Shown here one piece after another: positions 29,024-36,729 of a stretch of DNA of 64,000 nt (position 1 is the stretch's first letter; every line of letters begins with the position of its first letter). Both the position numbers and the translations under genes were made by a program. The notes beneath the pieces were generated by a model, which made no database searches, had not been told where the DNA came from, and was given only the letters and a program-made list of their open reading frames with translations. The stretch is from an uncultured Bacteroides sp. (GTDB lineage Bacteria; Bacteroidota; Bacteroidia; Bacteroidales; JACABE01), in contig CAZCBG010000003.1 of NCBI GenBank assembly GCA_964496885.1, positions 16,952-80,951 on the forward strand, written 5' to 3'.

Positions 29024-30953
29024 CCTGCAATTTGTTGTTTATCACTCTATTATTGTATTGTTGAATAACAGCTTTTAAAAAGTTTTCCATTTCAATCCTT
29101 TTTGAAACTTCTTTAGTTATGAGGTTGTTCTTAAGTAATGAATCGTTTTTAATCTGATACAATGATACAGCGCTTTCTCCATCAAATTTCAATACGTAAT
29201 CATCTTTAATCAATTGATATTCACCATTTATAAAAGAAATATTAAAATGTGGTTTTTTATTATTAAAAACACTATTTCCAAAAGAGAAATAAGGTTTGTC
29301 AAAATTCAGAAAATCAAGAATTGATGGCATGATATCAATTTGTTGACCGATTTGATTGTGGTCGAGCTTTAAATTGGTATTTGGCATGTAAAATATAATA
29401 GGAACAGCATACATTCCTATGTTATTCTGGTAATAATCCAGGAATGCTTCTGAGGTATGATCGGCTGTTATTACAAACAAAGTACTGTCAAACCAAGCCA
29501 TTTTGCTGGCAGTTTCAAAGAATCTTTTCAAAGAATAATCAGCATACATAATGCTTTCCTGTATTTCGAGATGTCCTTTTTTAAACTTCCCTTTATATTT
29601 CTCAGGTACAGTATAAGGATGATGCGAAGATAGTGTAAAAACTGATGACAAAAAAGGTTGTTGTGTTGTATTTAATTGTTTGGCATAGTTTTGTAAAAAA
29701 GCTTCATCCACTATACCCCATTTCCCATCATAATCTTTTTCGTTATTATATTGAGTTCGTCCATAATAGGTTTCAAAACCTGCTAATTTAGTAAAGGAAT
29801 CAAACCCCATGCTCCCATTAGTACCTCCATGAAAGAATGAAGTATTATATCCTTTGGCTCTCAAAAGACTTGCAACGCTACTAATTTTATTTGCTGCATA
29901 CATCGAAGTAATGTAAGCCTCATTCATCAATGTAGGTATACTTGACAAAATTGAAGGAATACCTTCGATAGAGCGTTTTCCGTTGGCAAACCCTTTAATA
30001 TAGGCGCTTTTTTTAATGAGTTCATCTATAAAAGGAGTAAATCCAGAATATCCTCCGATATTATTCAATGCACCAATGTGCTCCTGCGAAAAGCTCTCTA
30101 ATATTATAATTACTACATTTAATTTCCTAAAATGCTTAGAGGTATCTGTTGTGTCGGGCAATTGAAGAGGAGTGTATATTTCAGCTAATTCATCTGCATT
30201 CTTAAAATATGATTTTTTACTTAAAACCGGAAGACCAAAGGTTTTGAAAATAGTAAATGGAGTATTTAATACCAAGGGGACATTCTTAGTTTCAGTATAT
30301 TTACTTGCTGTTATAATATCAATCGGTTTTAATTGCAAGCCACCTCTAATGCCAATGATTAGAATTCCTATAGTTAAAATAAATGCCAAACTTTGAAAAG
30401 TATAATACTTAATTTTTGTAGTGATGATATCTTTTACTTTAAAAATACTAGATAATTTGAACAATACAAAAATAAAAATGATTAAAAAAACGACTATATA
30501 CCAAAAGTCAGTTATAAATTGAGGGATTAGTTTGCTAAAATCACCACCAACTGCCATATAATTAAAAATATCACTGGTTGTCCGTTTAAAGGTAAACCTA
30601 AAATAAATAACATCTATAAAGTTCAATATCAATGCAATACTATTTGTAGAATAGAATAATATTTTCATTATTTTTTGATACAACAAACTGAATCTTAGCT
30701 TTAAGGGAATTAGCTGAAATAAAATATAAATGAAATTCAACATAAATATTGAAGCAATGTCGAAACGTATTCCTCCAAGTAATATTTTAATAAAATCAAA
30801 GACCCCAATTCCCCTGAAAAACTGCAAATTAGCAGCATAAAAAATAATCCTGGAAATTGTAAAAAGGAAAATAAGGATGAGGACATTAAATATAACTACC
30901 AAATAGCTATTATACGTCCTTGTTTTGAATAAATTTTGTAAAGATTTTCTCAT
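29016..30953 (-). CDS. LTA-synthase-family (sulfatase-fold) membrane phosphoglycerol/phosphoethanolamine transferase
   Basis: 645 aa. It has about 5 N-terminal TM helices and then a sulfatase/alkaline-phosphatase-fold domain (NVVIIILESF...FFHGGTNGSMGFD...ITADH). Confidence 0.8.
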   Translation of the reverse strand: MRKSLQNLFKTRTYNSYLVVIFNVLILIFLFTISRIIFYAANLQFFRGIGVFDFIKILLGGIRFDIASIFMLNFIYILFQLIPLKLRFSLLYQKIMKILFYSTNSIALILNFIDVIYFRFTFKRTTSDIFNYMAVGGDFSKLIPQFITDFWYIVVFLIIFIFVLFKLSSIFKVKDIITTKIKYYTFQSLAFILTIGILIIGIRGGLQLKPIDIITASKYTETKNVPLVLNTPFTIFKTFGLPVLSKKSYFKNADELAEIYTPLQLPDTTDTSKHFRKLNVVIIILESFSQEHIGALNNIGGYSGFTPFIDELIKKSAYIKGFANGKRSIEGIPSILSSIPTLMNEAYITSMYAANKISSVASLLRAKGYNTSFFHGGTNGSMGFDSFTKLAGFETYYGRTQYNNEKDYDGKWGIVDEAFLQNYAKQLNTTQQPFLSSVFTLSSHHPYTVPEKYKGKFKKGHLEIQESIMYADYSLKRFFETASKMAWFDSTLFVITADHTSEAFLDYYQNNIGMYAVPIIFYMPNTNLKLDHNQIGQQIDIMPSILDFLNFDKPYFSFGNSVFNNKKPHFNISFINGEYQLIKDDYVLKFDGESAVSLYQIKNDSLLKNNLITKEVSKRIEMENFLKAVIQQYNNRVINNKLQVE

Positions 30954-30960
30954 ATGGCTG

Positions 30961-30968
30961 CAAAATTA
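30961..30968 (-). promoter_or_regulatory. -7 promoter box TAATTTTG (minus strand) for the LtaS-like operon
   Basis: Plus strand reads CAAAATTA, 8 nt upstream of the ATG at 30953. Confidence 0.45.
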
Positions 30969-31111
30969 CAAAATTGAGTTCAATAATTTATTATTTTTAT
31001 AATTAGTTGTTTCTATTGTTATATACGAAATAGCATTAAGTTGAAATAGTTTACTAACATTCATATGTTTAAAAAAAGTAAAAAAAATATTTTTTTTATA
31101 AATATTTTGTA

Positions 31112-31119
31112 TACTTTTG
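31112..31119 (+). promoter_or_regulatory. -7 promoter box TACTTTTG for the small lipoprotein gene 31148
   Basis: Matches TAnnTTTG, 28 nt before the ATG. Confidence 0.5.
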
Positions 31120-31147
31120 CATCAAATTTTAATAATAGTAAAAACAA

Positions 31148-31405
31148 ATGAAAAAATTATTATCTGTAATCGCAGTTGCTGGAATGTTTGCATTCGTAGC
31201 TTGCGGACCAAGCGCAGAACAAAAAGCTGCCGCTGCTGAAAAAATCGTTGCTGATTCAATAGCTGTTGCTGATTCAATAGCAAAAGTTGGACAAGCTGCT
31301 GCTGAACAACTTGTTAAGGATTCAATTGCTAATGCTGATGCAAAAAGAATTCAAGATTCAATTGCTGCTGCTGAAGCTAAACCAGCTAAAAAAGGTAAAA
31401 AATAA
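31148..31405 (+). CDS. small Ala-rich lipoprotein with DSIA repeats
   Basis: 85 aa with lipobox FVAC. The mature part is low-complexity and helical, with four DSIA motifs and a KKGKK tail. It has its own promoter box and terminator. Confidence 0.7.
   Translation: MKKLLSVIAVAGMFAFVACGPSAEQKAAAAEKIVADSIAVADSIAKVGQAAAEQLVKDSIANADAKRIQDSIAAAEAKPAKKGKK
31247..31281 (+). repeat. tandem 18-nt (6-codon) duplication inside the lipoprotein gene
   Basis: GTTGCTGATTCAATAGC occurs at 31247-31263 and again at 31265-31281, a perfect 17-mer with an 18-nt period. It encodes VADSIA-VADSIA. Confidence 0.9.
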
Positions 31406-31424
31406 TTTATCTTTTTACGTAATT

Positions 31425-31459
31425 AAAAAAGGGAAAATAGAAATATTTTCCCTTTTTTG
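31425..31459 (+). terminator. rho-independent terminator
   Basis: GGGAAAATA (31431-31439) pairs with TATTTTCCC (31444-31452), followed by TTTTTT. Confidence 0.8.
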
Positions 31460-31481
31460 TGTTTTATATTGTTTTTATATG

Positions 31482-31489
31482 TAGCTTTG
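31482..31489 (+). promoter_or_regulatory. -7 promoter box TAGCTTTG for the 55-codon lipoprotein gene
   Basis: Matches TAnnTTTG, 41 nt before the ATG at 31531. Confidence 0.5.
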
Positions 31490-31530
31490 CACGTTAATTA
31501 ATTAATCAATAACTTAATATCAATCACAAC

Positions 31531-31698
31531 ATGAAAAAAATTTTTGGATTATTCTTAGTTGCAGGAATCTTAGTGATTTCAGCATGCGGTTCAGGTGCAA
31601 AACAAGAAGTACCTGCTGATTCTACAGCAGTTTCTACTCCAGCAGTTGATACAACAGCAGTAGTAGCTGATACAACAACAGCTGCACCTGTAAAATAA
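31531..31698 (+). CDS. 55-aa Ala/Thr-rich lipoprotein (absent from the ORF track)
   Basis: My translation is MKKIFGLFLVAGILVISACGSGAKQEVPADSTAVSTPAVDTTAVVADTTTAAPVK*. It has a textbook signal peptide and lipobox (ISAC) and is bracketed by a promoter box and a terminator. The 151-aa track ORF on the opposite strand (31524-31979) is its antisense shadow. Confidence 0.7.
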   Translation: MKKIFGLFLVAGILVISACGSGAKQEVPADSTAVSTPAVDTTAVVADTTTAAPVK

Positions 31699-31715
31699 TT
31701 CTGTAAAATACAGAT

Positions 31716-31752
31716 AAAAAGAGAGGTATTTATTTGCCTCTCTTTTTTTTTG
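31716..31752 (+). terminator. rho-independent terminator
   Basis: AGAGAGG (31720-31726) pairs with CCTCTCT (31737-31743), followed by a run of 9 T. Confidence 0.8.
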
Positions 31753-31793
31753 ATTTTTTTTTGGATTTCATACTTCACATTCAATAAAAGCTT

Positions 31794-31801
31794 TAATTTT
31801 G
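31794..31801 (+). promoter_or_regulatory. -7 promoter box TAATTTTG for the citrate lyase genes
   Basis: Matches TAnnTTTG, 25 nt before the ATG at 31827. Confidence 0.5.
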
Positions 31802-31826
31802 ACACAAAATTAAAGCATATAGGAAT

Positions 31827-33050
31827 ATGGAATTTAACAATCAAAAAACAGCAGTTGCCGGTAATAAAGGGAAAGGAATACGTTCCGATTGCTTTGTCTC
31901 TATGGAGATTACAAATGAAGGAGGTTTGCAAATTGAAATTCAAAGTAAAGTAGCTGTTTTTTTTGGAGAAGCAATTCATAGAACAGCCCTCACTGTTCTT
32001 GAATATTTTGGTATCGAAAATGCAAAGCTTTTTATTGAAGATACAGGCGCCATAGATTGTGTACTGGCTGCAAGAATAGAAGCAGTTATCAAAATGCTTG
32101 TAAATACTTCAAAGGTTTTTTTACCCGAAATGTATATTGCCAACAATTATTCCACAACAAAAGAAAGAAATAGGTTTTCAAGACTTTACTTACCAGGAAA
32201 TTCACCCAGTCTGATGCTAAATGCAGGCATTCATAAACCCAATGCTATCATTCTTGATCTTGAAGATGCTGTGGCTGTTGACAAGAAATTTGAAGCCAGA
32301 TTTTTAGTAAGAAATGCACTCAGAGCTATTGATTTTTATGGAGCAGAACGCATGGTTCGTATTAATCAGATTCCGAATGGATTAGAAGATCTTGATTTTA
32401 TAGTACCTCATAATGTTAACCTGATTTTAGTTCCTAAATGTGAAGATGCTGAACAAATTCATGTTTTGAATCTTCGTATAAATGAATTAAAGAAACAAAA
32501 TAATATTACCAATGAAATTTGGTTAATGCCTATTATCGAAAGTGCGAAAGGTGTGATGAATGCTTATCAGATTGCGCTATCAGCACCAAATATTGTTTCA
32601 ATGGCAATAGGTTTGGAAGATTATACTGCTGATTTAGGTTGCCGTAGAACCAACGAAGCTTCAGAATCATTTTTTGCACGTTCTGTTCTTGTAAATGCCT
32701 GTCGTGCTTCAGGAATTCAACCTATAGATTCTGTATTTTCCGATATTGCCGATATGGAAGCATTAAAAGAAAATGTATTGAAATCAAAAGCATTGGGATT
32801 TGATGGAATGGGATGTATACACCCAAGACAAATTAAAGTTATACACGAATATTTTGCTCCTGACAGCATTGAAATTGAAAAAGCCAAAAAGATTGTACTG
32901 GCATTTGATGAAGCCACAACAAAAGGATTGGGTGTTGTTTCACTTGGAACAAAAATGATTGATCCACCTGTTGTAAAAAGAGCTGTAAAAACGATAGACT
33001 TAGCTATAAATATGGGCAAATTATCTAAAGACTGGAGGAACGAAGCATGA
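31827..33050 (+). CDS. citDE: fused citrate lyase acyl carrier protein (gamma, CitD) and citryl-CoA lyase (beta, CitE)
   Basis: 407 aa. The first ~95 aa align to CitD (AVAGNKGKGIRSDCFVSM... and EDTGAIDCVLAARIEAV versus E. coli AVAGTLESGDVMI and DDKGALDCILRARLEAL). The rest is the HpcH/CitE fold (RSRLYLPGNSPSLM...IILDLEDAV...MPIIESAKG...GLEDYTADLG). Confidence 0.85.
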   Translation: MEFNNQKTAVAGNKGKGIRSDCFVSMEITNEGGLQIEIQSKVAVFFGEAIHRTALTVLEYFGIENAKLFIEDTGAIDCVLAARIEAVIKMLVNTSKVFLPEMYIANNYSTTKERNRFSRLYLPGNSPSLMLNAGIHKPNAIILDLEDAVAVDKKFEARFLVRNALRAIDFYGAERMVRINQIPNGLEDLDFIVPHNVNLILVPKCEDAEQIHVLNLRINELKKQNNITNEIWLMPIIESAKGVMNAYQIALSAPNIVSMAIGLEDYTADLGCRRTNEASESFFARSVLVNACRASGIQPIDSVFSDIADMEALKENVLKSKALGFDGMGCIHPRQIKVIHEYFAPDSIEIEKAKKIVLAFDEATTKGLGVVSLGTKMIDPPVVKRAVKTIDLAINMGKLSKDWRNEA

Positions 33051-34609
33051 AGAAATATGATAAACTTGTAAGCAATGCAGCTGGAAGAATCGTTCCTACT
33101 GAAATAAACGGTGTAAATCAATATCCTTATATGGGTATAGGGAAGCACAAACCATCTGGAAGAAAATATGCGCCACAAATTGTTTCCTGTTCCGATTACC
33201 CAGCTGATGGTAATAAAACAATTCCAACCCTTAAAGATGCATTAATAAAATCTGGTTTGCGAGATGGAATGGTGATTTCTACGCATCATCATTTTCGCAA
33301 CGGTGATTTGGTGGCAATTCAGATTTTTGATATTGCAAAGGAAATGGGGATAAAAGATCTGGTTTGGTTTCCTTCTGCTTCTTTTGAATGTCAGTCAGTG
33401 CTGGTAAAATATTTAGAAGACGGAACCATTCATCATATCGAAGGAAGTATGAACGGATCATTAGGTAGTTTTACTTCAGAAGGGAAAATGAAAGGACTAG
33501 GTGTTTTACGTTCTCATGGCGGCCGCTATCAGGCAGTGCAGGACGGAGAAGTTATTATAGATATTGCTGTAATTGCAGCACCTACAGCAGATGCATTTGG
33601 TAATGCTACAGGTGATCGTGGCAGTGCTGCATGTGGATTGTTAGGTTTTGCATTAGCTGATTCACAATATGCAAATAAAGTTGTGGTTGTAACCGATAAT
33701 CTGGTTCCTTTTCCCTGTATTCCTTGGCAAATACAAGGGAATAATGTGGATTATGTCGTAGTTGTCGATAAAGTTGGAATTCCCGAAAAAATTGTGTCAG
33801 GTACGACTGAGATTACAAAAAGCCCTGATCGTTTGTTATTAGCTGAAATGACAGCCCAGTTTTGCGATGAAGCAGGAATTATCAGAGATGGATTTTCTTT
33901 TCAGGCAGGGGCAGGTGGTACTGCACTTTCAATAGGTATTTATTTTGCTGAAATACTACGGGCAAGAGGAATGAAATCAAGATGGGCAAGAGGCGGAAGC
34001 AATAAATATTTAGTGAAAATGCTGGAAGATGGTTTACTTGATTACATTTTAGATGGACAAACTTTTGATCTGGAAGGAGTTCGGTCGATGCGTGAAAATG
34101 AAGGGCATGTAAATACCAGCCCTTTTACAAGTTATAATTATCATGGGAAAGGAAATTTTTCATCCATGGTAGATGTTGTCATTTTAGGTGCTACTGAAAT
34201 TGACGTTAACTTTAACGGAAATGTAGTAACCCATTCCGATGGTTATTTATTGCATGGTATTGGTGGCTGGCAAAACTGTCTTCATGCTAAATGCACCATT
34301 ATACCTATTCCTTTATTCCGCGACAGAATCCCGGTGATTGTTGATGAAGTTACTACACTTTGTGGCCCCGGTGACTTGATAGATGTTATTGTTACCGAAC
34401 GAGGTATCGCCATTAATCCTAAAAGAACGGATCTGATTGAGAAAATGAAAAATTCAAGTTTACCCATCAGAACCATTGAAGAATTGAAAGCCGAAGGTGA
34501 ACGTATTTGTGGCAAAGCAGCCAAACCTAAATTAAGTGACGAAATAGTTGCAGTCGTGAAATGGGTGGATGGAACTATTTTGGATGCCATCAGAAAAGTT
34601 GAAAAGTAA
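33047..34609 (+). CDS. citF: citrate lyase alpha subunit (citrate CoA-transferase)
   Basis: 520 aa with the motifs ISTHHHFRNGDLV and SFQAGAGGTALS. Its start overlaps the citDE stop in ATGA (33047-33050). Confidence 0.9.
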   Translation: MKKYDKLVSNAAGRIVPTEINGVNQYPYMGIGKHKPSGRKYAPQIVSCSDYPADGNKTIPTLKDALIKSGLRDGMVISTHHHFRNGDLVAIQIFDIAKEMGIKDLVWFPSASFECQSVLVKYLEDGTIHHIEGSMNGSLGSFTSEGKMKGLGVLRSHGGRYQAVQDGEVIIDIAVIAAPTADAFGNATGDRGSAACGLLGFALADSQYANKVVVVTDNLVPFPCIPWQIQGNNVDYVVVVDKVGIPEKIVSGTTEITKSPDRLLLAEMTAQFCDEAGIIRDGFSFQAGAGGTALSIGIYFAEILRARGMKSRWARGGSNKYLVKMLEDGLLDYILDGQTFDLEGVRSMRENEGHVNTSPFTSYNYHGKGNFSSMVDVVILGATEIDVNFNGNVVTHSDGYLLHGIGGWQNCLHAKCTIIPIPLFRDRIPVIVDEVTTLCGPGDLIDVIVTERGIAINPKRTDLIEKMKNSSLPIRTIEELKAEGERICGKAAKPKLSDEIVAVVKWVDGTILDAIRKVEK

Positions 34610-34627
34610 AATTTGATATGACATAAT

Positions 34628-34667
34628 AAAGAGGCTGTTTCCCAAGGTATTAAGAAACAGCCTCTTT
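34628..34667. terminator. 14-bp hairpin between convergent citF and the flippase gene (bidirectional terminator)
   Basis: AAAGAGGCTGTTTC (34628-34641) pairs with GAAACAGCCTCTTT (34654-34667) around a 12-nt loop. The U-tracts are short on both sides. Confidence 0.6.
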
Positions 34668-34709
34668 ATATTTATGTCATCACTACTAAATCAGCAGCTT
34701 TGTATATAT

Positions 34710-36194
34710 TTATACTTTTATCACTTTCCTGAACATCTCTTTTTCAAAATATATTACAACTGCTATATATAACATTATAAACAGTGTATTTACACTTAAT
34801 TTATATGCAAGCGTTTCAATATTCATCCAAAGGCTGATAAAGTAGAGCATAAGTGCTAAGCCTGTGTAAAGACCGATTTTTCTTAAATCGTATTGAATAT
34901 AATAATGCTTTTGTCCTAACAAATAAGAAACTGCCATGATCAAGAAATAACAAATCAGAGTTGCCCATGCTGCTCCCATATAGCCCATAATGGGTACCAG
35001 CCAGAAATTGAGCGCCAAAGTAACCACAGCCCCGAATACAGAAATATAAGCTCCATACATGGTTTTGTCGGTAATTTTATACCAGATTGATAAATTGTAA
35101 AATACGCCCAAACAAAGGTTAGCCATCAGCAAAATCGGAATGACAGCTGCACCTACTCTAAAATCTTTGCCTATAATCTTAATAATTACATCAATATACA
35201 TCATGACACCTAAAAAAATAAAAGAACAAACAATGATGAAATACTTCATCACATCGGCATAGATCTGACGGGCATCTTCGCGCAGGGCTTGAGAAAAAAA
35301 GAAAGGTTCGGCTGCAAACTTAAAAGTTTGAATAAACAGGGTCATCAAAATAGCAACTTTGTAACATGCGCCGTAAATCCCAAGCTGTTCCATCGGATGA
35401 TCAGCTGCCGGTACCAAATGCTTTAGAAGTATACGGTCGAAAGTCTCATTCACAATACCGGCCATTCCCCAGACCATTATTGGTAAGGCGTATTTTAGCA
35501 TTTGTTTCCATAATTTTTTGTCAAAATACAATTTTATGTCAATTATTTCGGGAAGCATCAACAATAAAGTAATACCACATGCAATAAGATTGGAAATAAA
35601 GATGTATCCCACACCCACAGAAGGCTTGTAAAATAAATGGAGTAAAAATCTGAGCATTCCATCTCCGGTATTTTTTTCCAGCCAGGGACATAAAACAATA
35701 AAAAACAGATTAAACCCTATTTGCAATGCAATGTTCACCGATTTAAGAAGTGCAAATCTGCGTGCTTTATTCTGCTCTCTTAAGCGTGCAAAAGGAACTG
35801 CACTCAATGCATCCAGACCCAATATCCAGGCAAACCAGACAATGTATTCAGTGTGATTGGCATAACCTAAAATTGAGGAAATCGTAGGAGAAAAAATCCA
35901 GGTAAGTGCTATAAAGGCCAATGAACTGACGAGCAATGAAATTACAGAAGTATTGTAAATGCTACCCTTTTCATTTTCCTTTTTTGAAAAACGGAAAAAA
36001 GTTGTTTCCATCCCATAAGTGAGGATGACCATTAAAAAAGCAACATAAGCATACAATTCAGTAACCACACCGTATTCACCGGTAGTGAATACCCTTGTGT
36101 AAAGAGGGAAAAGGAAATAATTCAACAATCGCCCAACGATGGTGGGTAATCCGTAAATAGCCGTTTGTCCTGCAAGTTTCTTTAATGGATTCAA
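34710..36194 (-). CDS. MOP-superfamily oligosaccharide/polysaccharide flippase (Wzx/MurJ-like)
   Basis: 494 aa and polytopic, with about 12-14 TM helices. The N-terminus LKKLAGQTAIYGLPTIVGRLLNYFLFPLYTRVF is typical of the polysaccharide biosynthesis protein family. The start codon is TTG (plus strand CAA at 36192-36194). Confidence 0.75.
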   Translation of the reverse strand: MNPLKKLAGQTAIYGLPTIVGRLLNYFLFPLYTRVFTTGEYGVVTELYAYVAFLMVILTYGMETTFFRFSKKENEKGSIYNTSVISLLVSSLAFIALTWIFSPTISSILGYANHTEYIVWFAWILGLDALSAVPFARLREQNKARRFALLKSVNIALQIGFNLFFIVLCPWLEKNTGDGMLRFLLHLFYKPSVGVGYIFISNLIACGITLLLMLPEIIDIKLYFDKKLWKQMLKYALPIMVWGMAGIVNETFDRILLKHLVPAADHPMEQLGIYGACYKVAILMTLFIQTFKFAAEPFFFSQALREDARQIYADVMKYFIIVCSFIFLGVMMYIDVIIKIIGKDFRVGAAVIPILLMANLCLGVFYNLSIWYKITDKTMYGAYISVFGAVVTLALNFWLVPIMGYMGAAWATLICYFLIMAVSYLLGQKHYYIQYDLRKIGLYTGLALMLYFISLWMNIETLAYKLSVNTLFIMLYIAVVIYFEKEMFRKVIKV

Positions 36195-36216
36195 TATGAC
36201 ATTTGATTTTATATTG

Positions 36217-36224
36217 CAAACCTA
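36217..36224 (-). promoter_or_regulatory. -7 promoter box TAGGTTTG (minus strand) for the flippase gene
   Basis: Plus strand reads CAAACCTA, 23 nt upstream of the TTG start. It shares the 15-mer ATTGCAAACCTACA with the recG promoter region. Confidence 0.5.
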
Positions 36225-36270
36225 CATAAATTTTTTATTTATTTCAAAAAAGAAACCAATAATGGGAAAA

Positions 36271-36299
36271 AAGAGGCTGCCCTTTTGAGACAGCCTCTT
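36271..36299 (-). terminator. rho-independent terminator after the SPOR gene
   Basis: AAGAGGCTG (36271-36279) pairs with CAGCCTCTT (36291-36299). On the minus strand a T-run follows (plus strand A-run 36265-36270). Confidence 0.75.
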
Positions 36300-36306
36300 T
36301 TTAAAA

Positions 36307-36720
36307 TTATTCACTTATTTTGGGAAAGTTAATCTGATCTTTAATAACAAAAGCATCGGGAAAATCCATTTTAATCTGCTGAACAAATCCCCTGGCTTCC
36401 ATTCTGGTTCTGAAGTCTCCAATTTTAACTTTAAAATTAGGCTCTTCATAAACCACATAAGCTTCTATATCAGGATATTTCTCTGTAAAAGCAGCCTTGC
36501 ATTGCATTGCCCCGGTTTTTGAATTATTGCCCGATTGAAAGAATACATTAATTCTAAAGCCTGGAATAGTATTGATTACTTCATTAATTTTCAAATGCTT
36601 ACTAAGCAATTCGTTAATTTTTTCATCCTGAACAACATCCAGTTTGCCTGTATTTTGTGCAAAGGTTTTGACTGAAATAGCAAATATTATTGCTAAAAGT
36701 ATAAAATAAGTTTTCTTCAT
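36307..36720 (-). CDS. SPOR domain-containing protein
   Basis: 137 aa with a signal peptide. The C-terminal GFRINVFFQSGNNSKTGAMQCKAAFTEKYPDIEAYVVYEEPNFKVKIGDFRTRMEA matches the SPOR fold pattern. Confidence 0.75.
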   Translation of the reverse strand: MKKTYFILLAIIFAISVKTFAQNTGKLDVVQDEKINELLSKHLKINEVINTIPGFRINVFFQSGNNSKTGAMQCKAAFTEKYPDIEAYVVYEEPNFKVKIGDFRTRMEARGFVQQIKMDFPDAFVIKDQINFPKISE

Positions 36721-36729
36721 GCAACAATA

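Noticed and set aside
31524-31979. 151-aa minus-strand ORF spanning the small-lipoprotein gene, its terminator and the citDE start
   Set aside because: Its translation is low-complexity and contains the mirror image of the Ala/Thr-rich lipoprotein. It runs through a plus-strand terminator hairpin and a promoter box. The plus-strand 55-codon gene has a perfect signal peptide and lipobox plus its own promoter and terminator.
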